A stretch of DNA of 63,153 nucleotides, counting the filler, from Octopus bimaculoides (taxonomy: Eukaryota): assembly GCF_001194135.2 (NCBI RefSeq). It is 6 parts of 6 records of this genome, joined end to end, with 100 filler letters (N's around TTAATTAATTAA, not from the genome) between each part and the next. Parts side by side here need not be neighbours in the genome. Positions count along the whole stretch, not along the records: positions 3,893 to 24,063 come from NC_068987.1; 5 more parts are not named here. One strand, 5' to 3'. The first letter of the stretch is position 1, and every line of letters starts with the position of its first letter. Both the position numbers and the translations under genes were made by a program. The notes beneath the pieces were generated by a model that ran no database searches, was not told the DNA's origin, and saw nothing but the letters and a program-made list of their open reading frames with translations. Shown here one piece after another: positions 11,543-23,753 of the stretch.

Positions 11543-13026
11543 AGCACCTACATTGATAGAAATCATCATCATCATCATCATCATCGTTTAACGTCCGCTT
11601 TCCATGCTAGCATGGGTTGGACGATTTGACTGAGGACTGGTGAAACCGGATGGCAACACCAGGCTCCAGTCTAATTTGGCAGAGTTTCTACAGCNNNNNN
11701 NNNNNNNNNNNNNNNNNNNNNNNNNNNNNNNNNNNNNNNNNNNNNNNNNNNNNNNNNNNNNNNNNNNNNNNNNNNNNNNNNNNNNNNNNNNNNNNNNNNN
11801 NNNNNNNNNNNNNNNNNNNNNNNNNNNNNNNNNNNNNNNNNNNNNNNNNNNNNNNNNNNNNNNNNNNNNNNNNNNNNNNNNNNNNNNNNNNNNNNNNNNN
11901 NNNNNNNNNNNNNNNNNNNNNNNNNNNNNNNNNNNNNNNNNNNNNNNNNNNNNNNNNNNNNNNNNNNNNNNNNNNNNNNNNNNNNNNNNNNNNNNNNNNN
12001 NNNNNNNNNNNNNNNNNNNNNNNNNNNNNNNNNNNNNNNNNNNNNNNNNNNNNNNNNNNNNNNNNNNNNNNNNNNNNNNNNNNNNNNNNNNNNNNNNNNN
12101 NNNNNNNNNNNNNNNNNNNNNNNNNNNNNNNNNNNNNNNNNNNNNNNNNNNNNNNNNNNNNNNNNNNNNNNNNNNNNNNNNNNNNNNNNNNNNNNNNNNN
12201 NNNNNNNNNNNNNNNNNNNNNNNNNNNNNNNNNNNNNNNNNNNNNNNNNNNNNNNNNNNNNNNNNNNNNNNNNNNNNNNNNNNNNNNNNNNNNNNNNNNN
12301 NNNNNNNNNNNNNNNNNNNNNNNNNNNNNNNNNNNNNNNNNNNNNNNNNNNNNNNNNNNNNNNNNNNNNNNNNNNNNNNNNNNNNNNNNNNNNNNNNNNN
12401 NNNNNNNNNNNNNNNNNNNNNNNNNNNNNNNNNNNNNNNNNNNNNNNNNNNNNNNNNNNNNNNNNNNNNNNNNNNNNNNNNNNNNNNNNNNNNNNNNNNN
12501 NNNNNNNNNNNNNNNNNNNNNNNNNNNNNNNNNNNNNGACTCTAAGGCCCTTCAATTCTAGACCTTGCTTCCACACCTGAAACTTCTCCTCTAGTTCTGA
12601 TAGTGACTCCGCAATTAGGGCAAGGTCATCAGCATAGAGGAGCTCCCAGGGGCAACCTGTCTTGAACTCCTCTGTGATTGCCTGGAGGACTATGATAAAT
12701 AAGAGGGGGCTGAGGACGGAACCTTGGTGGACCCCTACCTCTACCCGGAATTCATTGCTGTACTCATTTCCAACCCTCACCTTACTGGCAGCATCTCTGT
12801 ACATGGCTCGCACAGCTCTCACTAACCATTCTTCTATCCCAAGTTTCCTCATTGAAAAATTAAAATACTCTTAATGCTGTAGGGAGAGTACAAAATGTAT
12901 GCATGTTAGCATATGTGTATACATTTGCGCTCTTCTTACAGCATTAACAATATTTTAACTCTTATTTCTAGCAATGTAGGTACTTCACCAGTCTTAGTCA
13001 CACTTAGTGATGACTGAAGTTTTCCT
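11501..13026. mobile_element. Near-palindromic ~240-bp MITE split by the RTE insertion
   Basis: Left arm 11501-11562 + 12853-12900 is the reverse complement of right arm 12919-13026 (e.g. gtcactaaatgtgactaaga / tcttagtcacacttagtgat). Confidence 0.8.
11563..12852 (-). mobile_element. 5'-truncated RTE-clade LINE: RT fragment + gap + 3' UTR + (ATG)n tail
   Basis: MRKLGIEEW...GVHQGSVLSPLLFIIVL...LLYADDLALIAES (12539-12852); tail at 11563-11585. Confidence 0.95.
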
Positions 13027-13070
13027 TTATGGTGTCACATTGTGCCTGGCAGTTTATATATATACATATA

Positions 13071-13301
13071 TCATCATCATCATCATCGTTTAGCGTCCAC
13101 TTTCCATGCAAGCATGGGTTGGATGATTGACTGAGGACTGGTGAACCAGATGGCTGAACCAAGTTCCAATCTGATTTGGCAGAGTTTCTACAGCTGGATG
13201 CTTTTCCTAACGCCAACCACTCCGAGAGTGTAGTGGGTGGTTTCATGTGCCACCGGCACAAAGGCTAATCAGGAGGTACTGGCAACGACCACACTCGAAA
13301 T

Positions 13302-13303
<2 letters not shown>
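13071..13303 (-). mobile_element. RTE LINE 3' end
   Basis: Same 3' UTR family, more diverged. Confidence 0.85.
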
Positions 13304-13389
<86 letters not shown>

Positions 13390-15049
13390 GGGTAAAGAGG
13401 ATAATTTGTCATTATTAAGCTGGTGTTTGGAATTGAAATTTGCATAAAATCTTGTTGGAAGGTTTTAATTTAGATAACTTTAAACTAAGAAGCAATCTTG
13501 ACCAGGTTGGTATCGAAAAGATTAAGACAGAATTGCCACACACAAAGTGGGAAAAAAATTGGGAGTTCATGCTTGCAAAGTAGACTTCTTAAGCATGCAG
13601 TCATTTGAACTCCTTATGTGGTGCAATTTTACTCTTTTTAGTATTCAGATTACTCTGTCACATGTAATGCCCTTTTATCCACATTATTTGAATTACTCAT
13701 GCATTATCTTGGAGCTTCAAGATTTCACTATCTATATTTAGACATTGAAGGGTAGATGTGTGAAGCCGGATCTAGCCTGTTGCAACATAAAACAGGTAGA
13801 ACGTTTGGGTTGGATATTTCCAGCTTAAACACTATCTGGATTGGTTCGTTTTTCTGCTTCATTATAAGCCTGCAGGGTGGGGTTATTGTTTTTTTTTACT
13901 ACAGAGTATCCTTGTTACTGCTAGCCATTCAACCATGAAGAAGGAGTGTTTCATACCTTTTGTCAGTCAGATAAATTAGGTTAGAATTATGTTTATTATT
14001 AACTCCAGATCAGCTTTGATCTATGATCAAATGCTCTCCAGTTTTCTTTTCAGTGTGTCAAAATCTAAATAATCCCATGTGCCCTTTGTACTTTAAGACA
14101 GTAAGCTGGTGTGTGCCGAGGAAGATTTGGCTGCTATTTTTAGCAGGTCCAGTAACTACATAGCTCAGTCAAGTTTATGTCTCCAGGTGTATAGCAGCTC
14201 AATAACTGCAGTAAATTTGTCATGTTAACTACAGTAACTCCATTGTTGTAAATTCAAATCTGCAAAGATTTCTTTGTATTTGAGAGTAGATCATCTCACA
14301 CCACCTAGATCAGTCATAGGCAGCTCAAGAGACTCTGACTGGCACAGCTAACACAAAATTACCCTTGTTTATTTTTTTCTTTTGTAGTGTCACCTGCTTC
14401 TCAAAAATGGTTGCTTGTGCTTGATTTTAAATATTAGGTAGCAGGCTTTTAAGAAAAAAAATCCTTACAGTTGATGGCATGCTGTCCAAGGTTAGAATCA
14501 TCTTTTGTCAACATTACTCCAGAGATCAGCGTTGAGCACCAACCCAACAGATCATTTCTGTTTTGGCAAAGAAGTCACTATTTATTTTATTTACTAATTT
14601 CCCATAACCCATTGTTGTTTTGAGGCATTTCAATTTTTTTGTTTTTTTTGTTAAGGTATTCTAATTTAACATCTCAACTATGTCTAATAATCCTCAATTG
14701 AACAAGCTAACCTTGGTACTTATGTTTTTTTTTAACTGTTACTTATTCTGTCAATCTCTTGGGCTGAAACTCTTAAGTTACATGGATGTAAGCAAACCAG
14801 CACCGACTGTCAAGAGTTGTAGAGGGGAACAAATACAAACACAAAGACATACACATACGCACGTGTGTGTGTGTGTGTGTGTCTGTCTGTGTGTGTGTGT
14901 GTGTTTCTTCCTTCCAGAGATTCAAGGCAGCACCTCATTTATAAAGCTTAAAGCTAAGTCATTACACCAAAGTGAATATAACCTGCTAGCTTGTCCCACA
15001 CTTTTGCTAGTTGCTTTCAGTGCCAATGTAAAGGAGTAAGGAGTAAAGA

Positions 15050-15378
15050 TACCCTTTGGTCACAAATAATCATGGGATTGCACCTAGAAAGGTCCCCTCC
15101 TGGGCACAAGTCTGGGCAAAGTTGTTTGTGAAAGACCAGCAGCTGCCCATGCATACCAGCCTCCCCCCTCCATGCCACCAGTTATCCAAGAGAAACACAA
15201 AGGCTTATACAGCTTGGCACCAGTGACACCACGTCTCATTTCTACAAATGAGTGAACTGGAGCAACATGAAATAAAGTGTCTTGCTCAAGAACACAACAC
15301 ACAGCCTGGTCCGGGAATCAAACTCACAACCGCATGATCATAAGCTCAACACTCTAACCACTGAGCCATGCACCTTCA
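15050..15378 (-). mobile_element. CORE-like tRNA SINE, near full length
   Basis: Reverse complement gives tggctcagtggttagag A-box, gtttgattcc B-box and the core shared with 2459-2787. Confidence 0.85.
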
Positions 15379-15729
15379 CTCGAACTACTGAGCCATGCAA
15401 GCAATTATAGACACTCTCTCAGCCCTCCCACTCTTTAAATGCCATCAATTACCAAATGTTTATGAAACAGGCAGAGGTGGGTCACCTTTTGGACTCCTTA
15501 CTGTTGGACACATGCACAGGCTTTTTCCAGATATTCAAACCTAGTAAACAATCATCTTTAAAGATTGGCAACAATAATTAGCTGGAGGAGTCAGTCAGTT
15601 AATAGTTAATTAGCATTGATAATTTGTAATGACACAAAGAAAACATTAACTACACTAAGTTGTTCTAGTTTATCAAACCCAAACCTATATGAGTATAATG
15701 TATGAATACAATACATGAATGTTCTAAAT

Positions 15730-16419
15730 CAGTGGTTCTCAGCCATATTTTGTCTGTGGACCTCTTTGATTCCTGTTTTACATTACTGGACCACCATAGC
15801 CATTCAATGTATGTAAAAAAAAATCCTACTGTATTTTTATAATTAAATATTATTAAGAATTTTATCTTTTACCTTTTATCTTTTACTTGTCAGTCATTAG
15901 ACTGCAACCATGCTGGGGCACTGCCTAGAATTTTTGGTTGAATGAATCAACCCCAGTACTTATTTTTTAAGCCTGGTACTTATTCTATCGGTCACTTTTG
16001 TCGAACTGCTAAGTTACAGGGATGCAAACACACCAACAGCAGTTGTCAAGTGGTGATGGCAGGATAAACACAAACACAATGACACACACACACATAGATA
16101 TATACATGCATGCATACATACAAGGACACACACACGTACATAGATATATACATACACACACATGACAGGCTACTTCCAGTTTCCCTCTACCAAATTCACT
16201 CACAAGGCTTTGGTCAGTGCCCTTGTAGAAGACACCTGCCCAATGTACCATGCAGTGGGACTGAACCTGGAAACTTGTGACTGGGAAACAAGTATCTTAC
16301 CATACAGCTACTCGTGCACCTAAAAATGAAATATTTTGTGAATTGCAAAAGTATAACCAATTTATTGTACATAGATTTTAACAACAACATTTTATATGGA
16401 CCCCAGTTCAGAACCACTG
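15730..16419. mobile_element. hAT/Charlie-like MITE (TIR CAGTGGTTCT) carrying a nested SINE
   Basis: CAGTGGTTCT at 15730-15739 and AGAACCACTG at 16410-16419; left flank ttctaaat fits NTCTARAN; right TSD not matched. Confidence 0.65.
15866..16320 (-). mobile_element. Full-length family-B tRNA SINE with internal (CA/TA)n
   Basis: Head, central region, microsatellite and (TTTTAC)-type tail all present. Confidence 0.85.
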
Positions 16420-16699
16420 CAATTCCCTTGTTAGTCTCACCCTCTAAAAAATAAGGGAAAATAAAATAGTGAAAGAAATATGAATTTCTAAAAGGGATTG
16501 AACCTCCCTAATTCAGGATTCATTAATCTAGTGGCTTTGATGCTAGTTTGAATTTGGCCCCTATAAATTTGGATGACTTCCTCTCGGCCATCTGTGTCAC
16601 TTTCTGCACCCCATTTTGCTTATGTTTGCCAGTTTATGTCTGCCTGAAACTGCCCCTGGTTCTGTAGTACAAATGTTTTGTTTTCAAAAGTTCTGAATT

Positions 16700-16849
16700 A
16701 AAATGTTCCACCAAGCCTTAGTCACAATTTATGTTCCTAACACTAGCTTAATGATAACTAAATTATTTTACTAAATTCTTTGTTATATTTGAAATTAATT
16801 GAAAGAAACACAGAACATCTCAACAGAAATATGCCAACAAAAGGGTTAA
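16700..16849. mobile_element. piggyBac-like MITE remnant (ends AAAGGG-TTAA); related piece at 4820-4925
   Basis: Terminal aaagggttaa; aacactagctt...ttttactaaatt is shared, inverted, with 4835-4875. Confidence 0.4.
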
Positions 16850-18093
16850 AGGTAAGCGATTGTTTGCAAACAAGTATAACCTGGCCTGGTAGATTGTACC
16901 ATACATTTGCTAGTTCTTGTAGATGCTTTCTCAGCCCTCCCAGCCTTGACCTAGGTGGACATTGAAAATGTGACAGATGGGCTAGTACTCATCTACATCT
17001 GTACAAGGATATAACAAGCTGCTGTCTTGGTATTGAACTCATGATCTTATGATCTTGAAGCCACCACTTTGAACATTAGGCTACATGCCTTCACATGTAC
17101 AGACATTACCTTTTTCACTGATATTTTATTCTTAGGCTTCCTAAGAGCCAAGCAAATTGTGCAAATGGCGTTAACAGCAAAATGTAAACATGTTACTTTA
17201 ACCCTGACAACAAAACTTATGACTACTGCAAAAACTAAGAAGTGACACATTGATAAGAACCCAGGGTGTAGAACATTGTATAATAGTCATCAGCTGTGTA
17301 TTCATCATCATTATCATCACCAGCAGCAGCAGTAGTTTTTGTTGTTTTGAGTTTGGTGCAAAACACACCTTAAGAATTAATCTGTGAAAGGGACTCTTAA
17401 GCCCTTCTTTCTAGAGACTCAAGGCAGCACCTTGGGCAACAGAGGTTGTCAGTTATAAAGCTTAAAGCTAAGCCATTACTCACAAGTGGGTATTGACCTA
17501 GTGGCTTGTATCAAACCAGTTGTCTCAGGTGCCAATGTAGATGCAAACAGACATAGACACTCTGTCAGCCTTCCCACTCTTTTCATACTGCCATTGGTTA
17601 GACAGTTCAGCAGGATTCAAAAAATTAGGGGTCAATATCTAGCACCAGTGTCTGCTTTGACATGGCTTCTACAGCTGAATGCCCTTCTTAATACCAATCA
17701 TATGTATGTTTGAGAGAAAACTGCTGATGTAGCTTTCTATTGACAATATGCAAATTCAGTCAGTAACAATATCATCAGAGCAATTTAATAGTGTATATTA
17801 AGCAAGTCTACTCTGGAAATGTTTGCCTCATAAAATCTAAGCTACAGGTAACAAACATTTACCATTTCACACCAAGTAACAGATGTATTCTATTGGGAAC
17901 TGACTTTACTACAGGGCTTAAACAAGAGAATTTTATATTTAAGCCACTAGCAGTGAATCTGTCCATTATAAGAGGGGTTCATATTAAAGTCTAATTATAT
18001 GAAGCAGTTAACACTATATCATTTTATTATTTGTACCTAAAGTTTCACTGGTTCAGATAATCTCTTACTCTTAACTAGTCCCTGCAGGCCAGA

Positions 18094-18657
18094 TTAAAGA
18101 GATTCAACTTGTACAGAATCTAATACTGTACCAGACCTCTTATTGAGCTTCCAGAAATCCAGAAATACTGTGCAATTATCATACAATACACTGTACCCTG
18201 CTTATGAAATTGGTTAATTTGCATGTGGTATGTTACAAGCAGTTTTGTTTTTAAGTGGATTGATAAAGATTAAAGATACTCTGCTTTAGAAGTAATATTA
18301 ATTTGTACCGGCATCAGCTAAATACAATCATGTTCTTTATTTTTCTTCATTTAATATTCATCTTATAAACATTATATTGAATACATAGTACAGTATGTTA
18401 TATTTGAAGAATTTTGATTAATTAATATCAAACAGATCCTACTTCAGAAATGTATTAATTTGAATCTGTTACATACGATTTAGTTCTTTACTTTTCGTAG
18501 TTTATTCTATATTTTAAGTATATATTTAGCTGTCTTCATAAAACTGGAATATCCAGATATCTAGTTGTTTATGTCCAGTCCCCAGCTTACCAGAATTGGT
18601 CTGGTACAGTACTAGTAGCAATAGTGTCAGCGGTAAGAATCTTAAGTGAAAGTACAT
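18094..18657 (-). CDS. Candidate two-exon small secreted peptide precursor, 57 aa (coding 18657-18591 and 18200-18094)
   Basis: Acceptor ttttgttcag at 18683; ATG 18657; signal-like MYFHLRFLPLTLLLLVLYQTNS; phase-1 donor G|gtaagc; phase-1 acceptor tttcataag|cag; AGYSVLYDNCTVFLDFWKLN-KR-SGTVLDSVQVESL*; no homology recognised. Confidence 0.35.
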
Positions 18658-20039
18658 ATCTCTATGAACAGTGTACAACTTCCTGAACAAAATTATATTA
18701 TACCTGCTTGACAAGTATGAACATGACTTTATTAATGAAATCATTAGATTAGGTGAGTATTTAACAAGGAAGATGACAAAATATGATTCTAAAGTAGTTT
18801 GGAAATGGGTAGTTTATTATTAGCTACTCTAAGACACGAGAATGATGCCTGAAGTACATGAAGTATTCACAAAACGAATAAAACTCAATTTAACTACTCA
18901 TTTAGATTTGTCACGTATCCATGAAACTTAAATTTATCTAAAACTATGAAGAGTACTTCACATCTTTCTAGTTACTCAACACGCACCACATGGACAACTT
19001 CACTAAGTAAATAGTAAATTTCGTTAGTATAAAAATAGGTAAACGATATTTTACTATATTGTGCCTATGGAGTGCCCTCTCTTCAAATTGATCTGATGAG
19101 GTTTTTCCAACAACTAAATCTACATGCAATTAGCGATTTTTATGAAGACTTTGGATTGTACTTTGGTAACCATGAATTGCATATATACGTCCGCTAGATA
19201 CCAATTTTTAGAACTTTTCTAACCATATATCAACGTCTGATTAGCTTTAAAAGTAACAAGGAGTTACGACATCCTAATTCTTCCAAATGGCTTTAGCAGA
19301 ATAAAGAATGATAATTTGAGACGGTACTTATCTGTTACCTTTCTTAAATTCGAAGACATCACACGCGCGTACACACACAAATTTTGTTTGTTTTATTTTT
19401 CATAGAAAGTTCAAAGATAAAATGTTAAATTCAAAGTTTTAACATTTGACATAGAAGACTGTCTAGCATATTCGTCCCAGCATTTCGATAATTTTTAATC
19501 TATAAATGAAAACTGTTTTCTAATATTTTGTTATATAAAAAAAAGTATACTCGCAATTTTCTTATTTTAGATTTAAGTTAATACGTTAAGATTGCCCAAA
19601 ATATTTTTGATATTTAGATTTCAGTTTCTTGGCGTGAAGCTCACATAATTTCTCACTTGGTTTTCCATGAAAGAATTCTATTTAAATTAAAATTTTATTT
19701 TAGGGTTACCTATTAAAAAATTTAATAATGAAATTCGATTGGTGAAAATTAGCTTTTCTTAAAAAAGCACGAAATGTGGTAATTTTTCTTTAAGTGGGGA
19801 ATTAGCTGTGGAAAGTTGGGACAATTATTCGTTTCTTTAAGATATTTAAAATAAAAGCTGAAGCTTTTAGTATCTTTATCCAACTTTCATTTAATATCAC
19901 TGATCGAACTTCTGGGTAGAGGAAGACAGAAAAAAAGCTTGTTTGGGGGGATTAAATCAAATTATAATGTTAGTTAAAAAGAACAAACAGAATTATTAAA
20001 TCGATTGCGACAAGAAAATAAATTGATTCGTAAAGAAAT

Positions 20040-20075
20040 AGCCGGAACGAGCGTAAGGTCATGAACCGGAAGTAG
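20040..20075. promoter_or_regulatory. Paired ETS-type motifs, putative (bidirectional) promoter
   Basis: CCGGAA 20042-20047 and ACCGGAAGT 20065-20073; outward-facing donors at 19338 (-, AAG|gtaaca) and 20418 (+, GTG|gtaagt). Confidence 0.4.
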
Positions 20076-20268
20076 TTAATACTTTCATTCAGTACTCGCT
20101 CAGACTTTCTTCTTTCGGTAGTATATGTGCTTGCTAGACACATAGACAGAGAGGGACAGAGAGAGAGAGACAGAGAGAGGGAGGTATATATACATATATA
20201 TATACACGCACACACGTGCATTTCACATATGCACATATACACATAACACACATACATACACACACCCC

Positions 20269-20304
<36 letters not shown>

Positions 20305-21149
20305 CATATACATACACACACACACACATACCCGCGATATATACGTGGCAGTGTCAACGCTCTTGTCAATAGCCAGTGTGTTCTTGTACGTGTCGGAAAG
20401 ATAATCTAATATGTGTGGTAAGTAAGCACTTAATTTTTACTTAGTCCTGCTGTTGCTTTTATACGTAAAAAAAACATTAATTATTGAGGAATTAAATAAA
20501 TGTCGGAGTAACTTCTTGATTCGGATTATTTTTTTCCTTTATTTATCAGTTGACAAAACACATTTGGCATGTATATATTGTAACGTATGTATAATGCTAA
20601 TTTCATGTAATAAATATATTAGCATTTAATTGCATGATAAGCTCTTTTTTTTTTACAAGTGTGCCGAAGCCTGCATTAGTTTTATAAATTTAATAAAATT
20701 TACTTGGATCCCTAGATTCAATTAAATATTTGATTTATAGATTGCAATCACTATTTTTTGTTTAAACTTTTTTTTACTTATTATCACAATTTATTTACTG
20801 AATTCATTGGTTTTGATTTAATTAAAAAAAGATCTCTAACTGAAATATTATCAACTTTCTGAAATTTGCTATAATTCTGGCTTAAAGTTCTAGTAATAAA
20901 TAGGATTTCGTCTCTGAAACCATCCGACACCACTTTCATCCCTTGTTGAAGTAAATACCGGTAATATATCAGGTAGTTTGTTCGTTTTGAGCTGTTATTT
21001 ACACAAAGAAGCACCTTGTGTGTCTATCAGGGGCTATCCATCGTCAGCAACATGCTTATCGCATTGTTACTATGACACTAACATTTGTAACATCCGATAA
21101 AAAATCTATCGTTCGGATTGATTATAATTAACTAGCATCTGTAATGCAT

Positions 21150-21730
21150 GTCAATTGAAAGGTATTTATATACATTTTCATTAAAAGATATTTATTTTCT
21201 TCAATGTTATGGGCGAAAAACTCGGATCTTGTGAATTATCCGAAGTCCTGTACCCACCCCCTCGGAAAAGATTTTACCCATTAATTTCTTTATAATCGTA
21301 ATCTATGTTGTTTGAAAGGTATTTATATATAACTTCATTTAAAACCCATTTTCCTAAAAGTTATGAGTGAAAAACTCGGATCTTGTGAATTTTCCGAAGT
21401 CCTCCCCTTTCGTTGCTATCCGCGCATTTTTGTTTTCATATTCGTTTCCTACACATTTCTTTTACACCCGTTGCTCTATTTTTTTAAAATTTCGTTACTT
21501 TAACTCCCGATCACCAAAACAAAACAAATGTAATAGGTGTACCCCACAAATTTCTTTGTAATCGTATGCAGCTTGAAAGGTATTTCTATAAAATTTCACT
21601 AATATATATTCATTTTTCTGAAAGTTATGAGGGAAAATCGAATCGTGTGAATTTTCCGAAAGTCCTCCCCACTTCACCCCCGTTCGTTTGCGCAGATTTT
21701 AGTTTTCATATTCGTTTTTAACACCTATTT
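21150..21730 (+). repeat. Three diverged tandem units (~160 and ~260 bp spacing)
   Basis: tgaaaggtattt...gttatg..gaaaa..cg.atc.tgtgaatt.tccgaagtcct recurs at ~21156, ~21313 and ~21575. Confidence 0.8.
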
Positions 21731-23199
21731 TACCCATCTTCCGTTTTATTTTAGTGATCAAGTAAACACTAGCCAATAATGTTTGTATTTCTTCTGTCAA
21801 GTATTCAATATTCTTGTCTATATCATTACCAATTTGTCACTTTGACAGATCACTTAACTAAGTGCGAAAATCATTACCAGACGAAAGCAAAATTAAGGAG
21901 TTATTCTTTGTAAATAATCACCATTTTTTTTAATTACAGACGAGTACATTTCAAAACCTGACCGAACAATATATATTAAAAGTTATGCTCAACTTACTTA
22001 AATACATTATGACTTCATGCAAAAATAAATAAATAGTTTATGCTTTACTTTGTATATTTATTTATTACTATGGTTGAGTCCAAGTTAACGTCCTGCTTAT
22101 CTGGCGGACAAGATTAAACCTTTTTTTTTCCCTTTAATTCTTCGCACTTGTACATTATTTAATCCTGTTAATCCGGGCTGACGGGACATATTTTCTCTTC
22201 AAATACTTTTGTCGGTTTATATAATTAATTAAATTTTTTGGCACTCAATTTTGATGTAAATGGTGATACTGCACATTTTTGACATAACTCTGAAGGAAAG
22301 TTCATTTATATACACACATAAACATCGCATGTGTAGTTATCATTCCAGTAAATAGGTTGCTGTTTGCACGTACCAAGTACACATTCACACATGCTTGTTC
22401 ACCATTTACATGCACATAGATACGTAATAAATAAACAGAACAATGTAGTACAGTTGCTGGACTATTTGACAACATGGTTATGAGTTCACTTCTTACTACA
22501 AATCTTCAACTAAAGACATAACTTTGCTGCCCTCAATGGTTAGCAGTATCCTGTGGTGAAAATTAAACCACAGCTACACTAAAGACCATCTCACTTCTGC
22601 TAGCATTAGAAAATGTAAGGAGAATAATAAATAACAACCAGTGTTTCACTTACTCGAGTTTCTGCATTAAGTAATCTGCTACACCCTCTTTAGGGTGTAA
22701 CTTTTTTAACATTAGCTAAAACATACTTAGATGATCCGAATTTTTTCCCTGTTGTATGTATTTTATTTTGGGGAGGGCACTGAGCGTTAAAACGATCCGT
22801 TTCCACACATCAACGATATTTTTGGTAATGATTATAGTTTTGTATTTAGTCTTTGTACAGCATAATCTTTAACTAGGACTAGGTATTGGCTTTCTTGTTT
22901 AAAAAAAATTCTGTTGCCAGTAAACAGAAAATTTGAATACCCTTCTACATCCACCTTGCAAACCTTGCGTAAAGGCAAGCATCTTCAACTCCTTCCACAC
23001 GTCCCACTTAAATTCCTTGTTGGTTTTGGTAAATAGCTGTTTTTACTTTTTTTTGACATAGTTTTCTTTCATTTGTACTGTGGAGATTACTATTTCCATT
23101 TTGAAATGAAAATTGCTTTAAGGCTTTGAATTGAGCTATCTGTGAAAAACCTTTAACGGCATTTGTAGTAACACAGATGTTCATTAACATCAAAGTATA

Positions 23200-23338
23200 T
23201 TCTTTTCCACTCTAAGCACAAGGCCCGAAATTTTGGGGGAGGGGGGAAGTCGATTAGATCGACTCCAGTACGCAACTGGTACTTAATTTATCAATCCCGA
23301 AAGGATGAAAGGCAAAGTCAACCTTGGCAGAATGAACT
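23200..23338 (-). mobile_element. Family-C SINE (OK-like) fragment
   Basis: ctggtacttaatttatcaatcccgaaaggatgaaaggcaaagtc is the reverse complement of 59283-59340. Confidence 0.8.
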
Positions 23339-23360
23339 GTATATTGCAAATTCTGCATAC

Positions 23361-23546
23361 CTTGTCTTGTAAAGTGGCCTTGCAAATTTCCCCTACTAAA
23401 TTCAATTATTTTAGCCTGGTTACAGAACTTGCCTCCCTTTAACCTTCCTGTACTTTGTAACATCAAAGGCAGAAATAACTCAGTTCTCTTTATATTATGA
23501 ATATTGCAAAAGAGCATAGCCCTTCTTGTATCTTTCATCAATCCTT
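23361..23546 (-). CDS. Candidate symmetric 186-nt internal exon, unknown protein
   Basis: gatctgttttag|AA...CAAG|gtatgc; phase 1-1; open frame GLMKDTRR...GHFTRQ; no homology recognised. Confidence 0.25.
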
Positions 23547-23753
23547 CTAAAACAGATCAATAGCTTCTACATATTAACATCAGGTACTCAAGTTTAGTCT
23601 TTATGCTATCTAGAATTTGGCATTTTTCCTGATTTTATGTCATATCAGTGATATCTGCTTGGTTCCTACATAATATCCACAAGCATAATATATTTGGCAG
23701 ATTTTTGCATTTTCTACTTGCTATATTCTACAATGTTAAGATTCACAATTCTA

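Larger units (their letters stand above)
14918..17545 (+). repeat. Dispersed ~120-bp direct repeat pair (14918-15035 and 17411-17545)
   Basis: Both contain agaga(t/c)tcaaggcagcacct...ttataaagcttaaagctaag(t/c)cattac...gtgccaatgta. Confidence 0.75.

Noticed and set aside
18531-18751. Plus-strand exon pair with GTAAGA and GTGAGT donors
   Set aside because: Would need a 38-nt intron, and the joined phases give a stop; the minus-strand model fits better
21150-21730. CRISPR-like array
   Set aside because: Eukaryotic context; repeats are long, diverged and only three
22925-23040. Minus-strand KEFKWDVWKELKMLAFT resembling PEX3 (WEDLKIISFT)
   Set aside because: In-frame stop just upstream, poor acceptor, downstream residues do not match, no other PEX3 exons found
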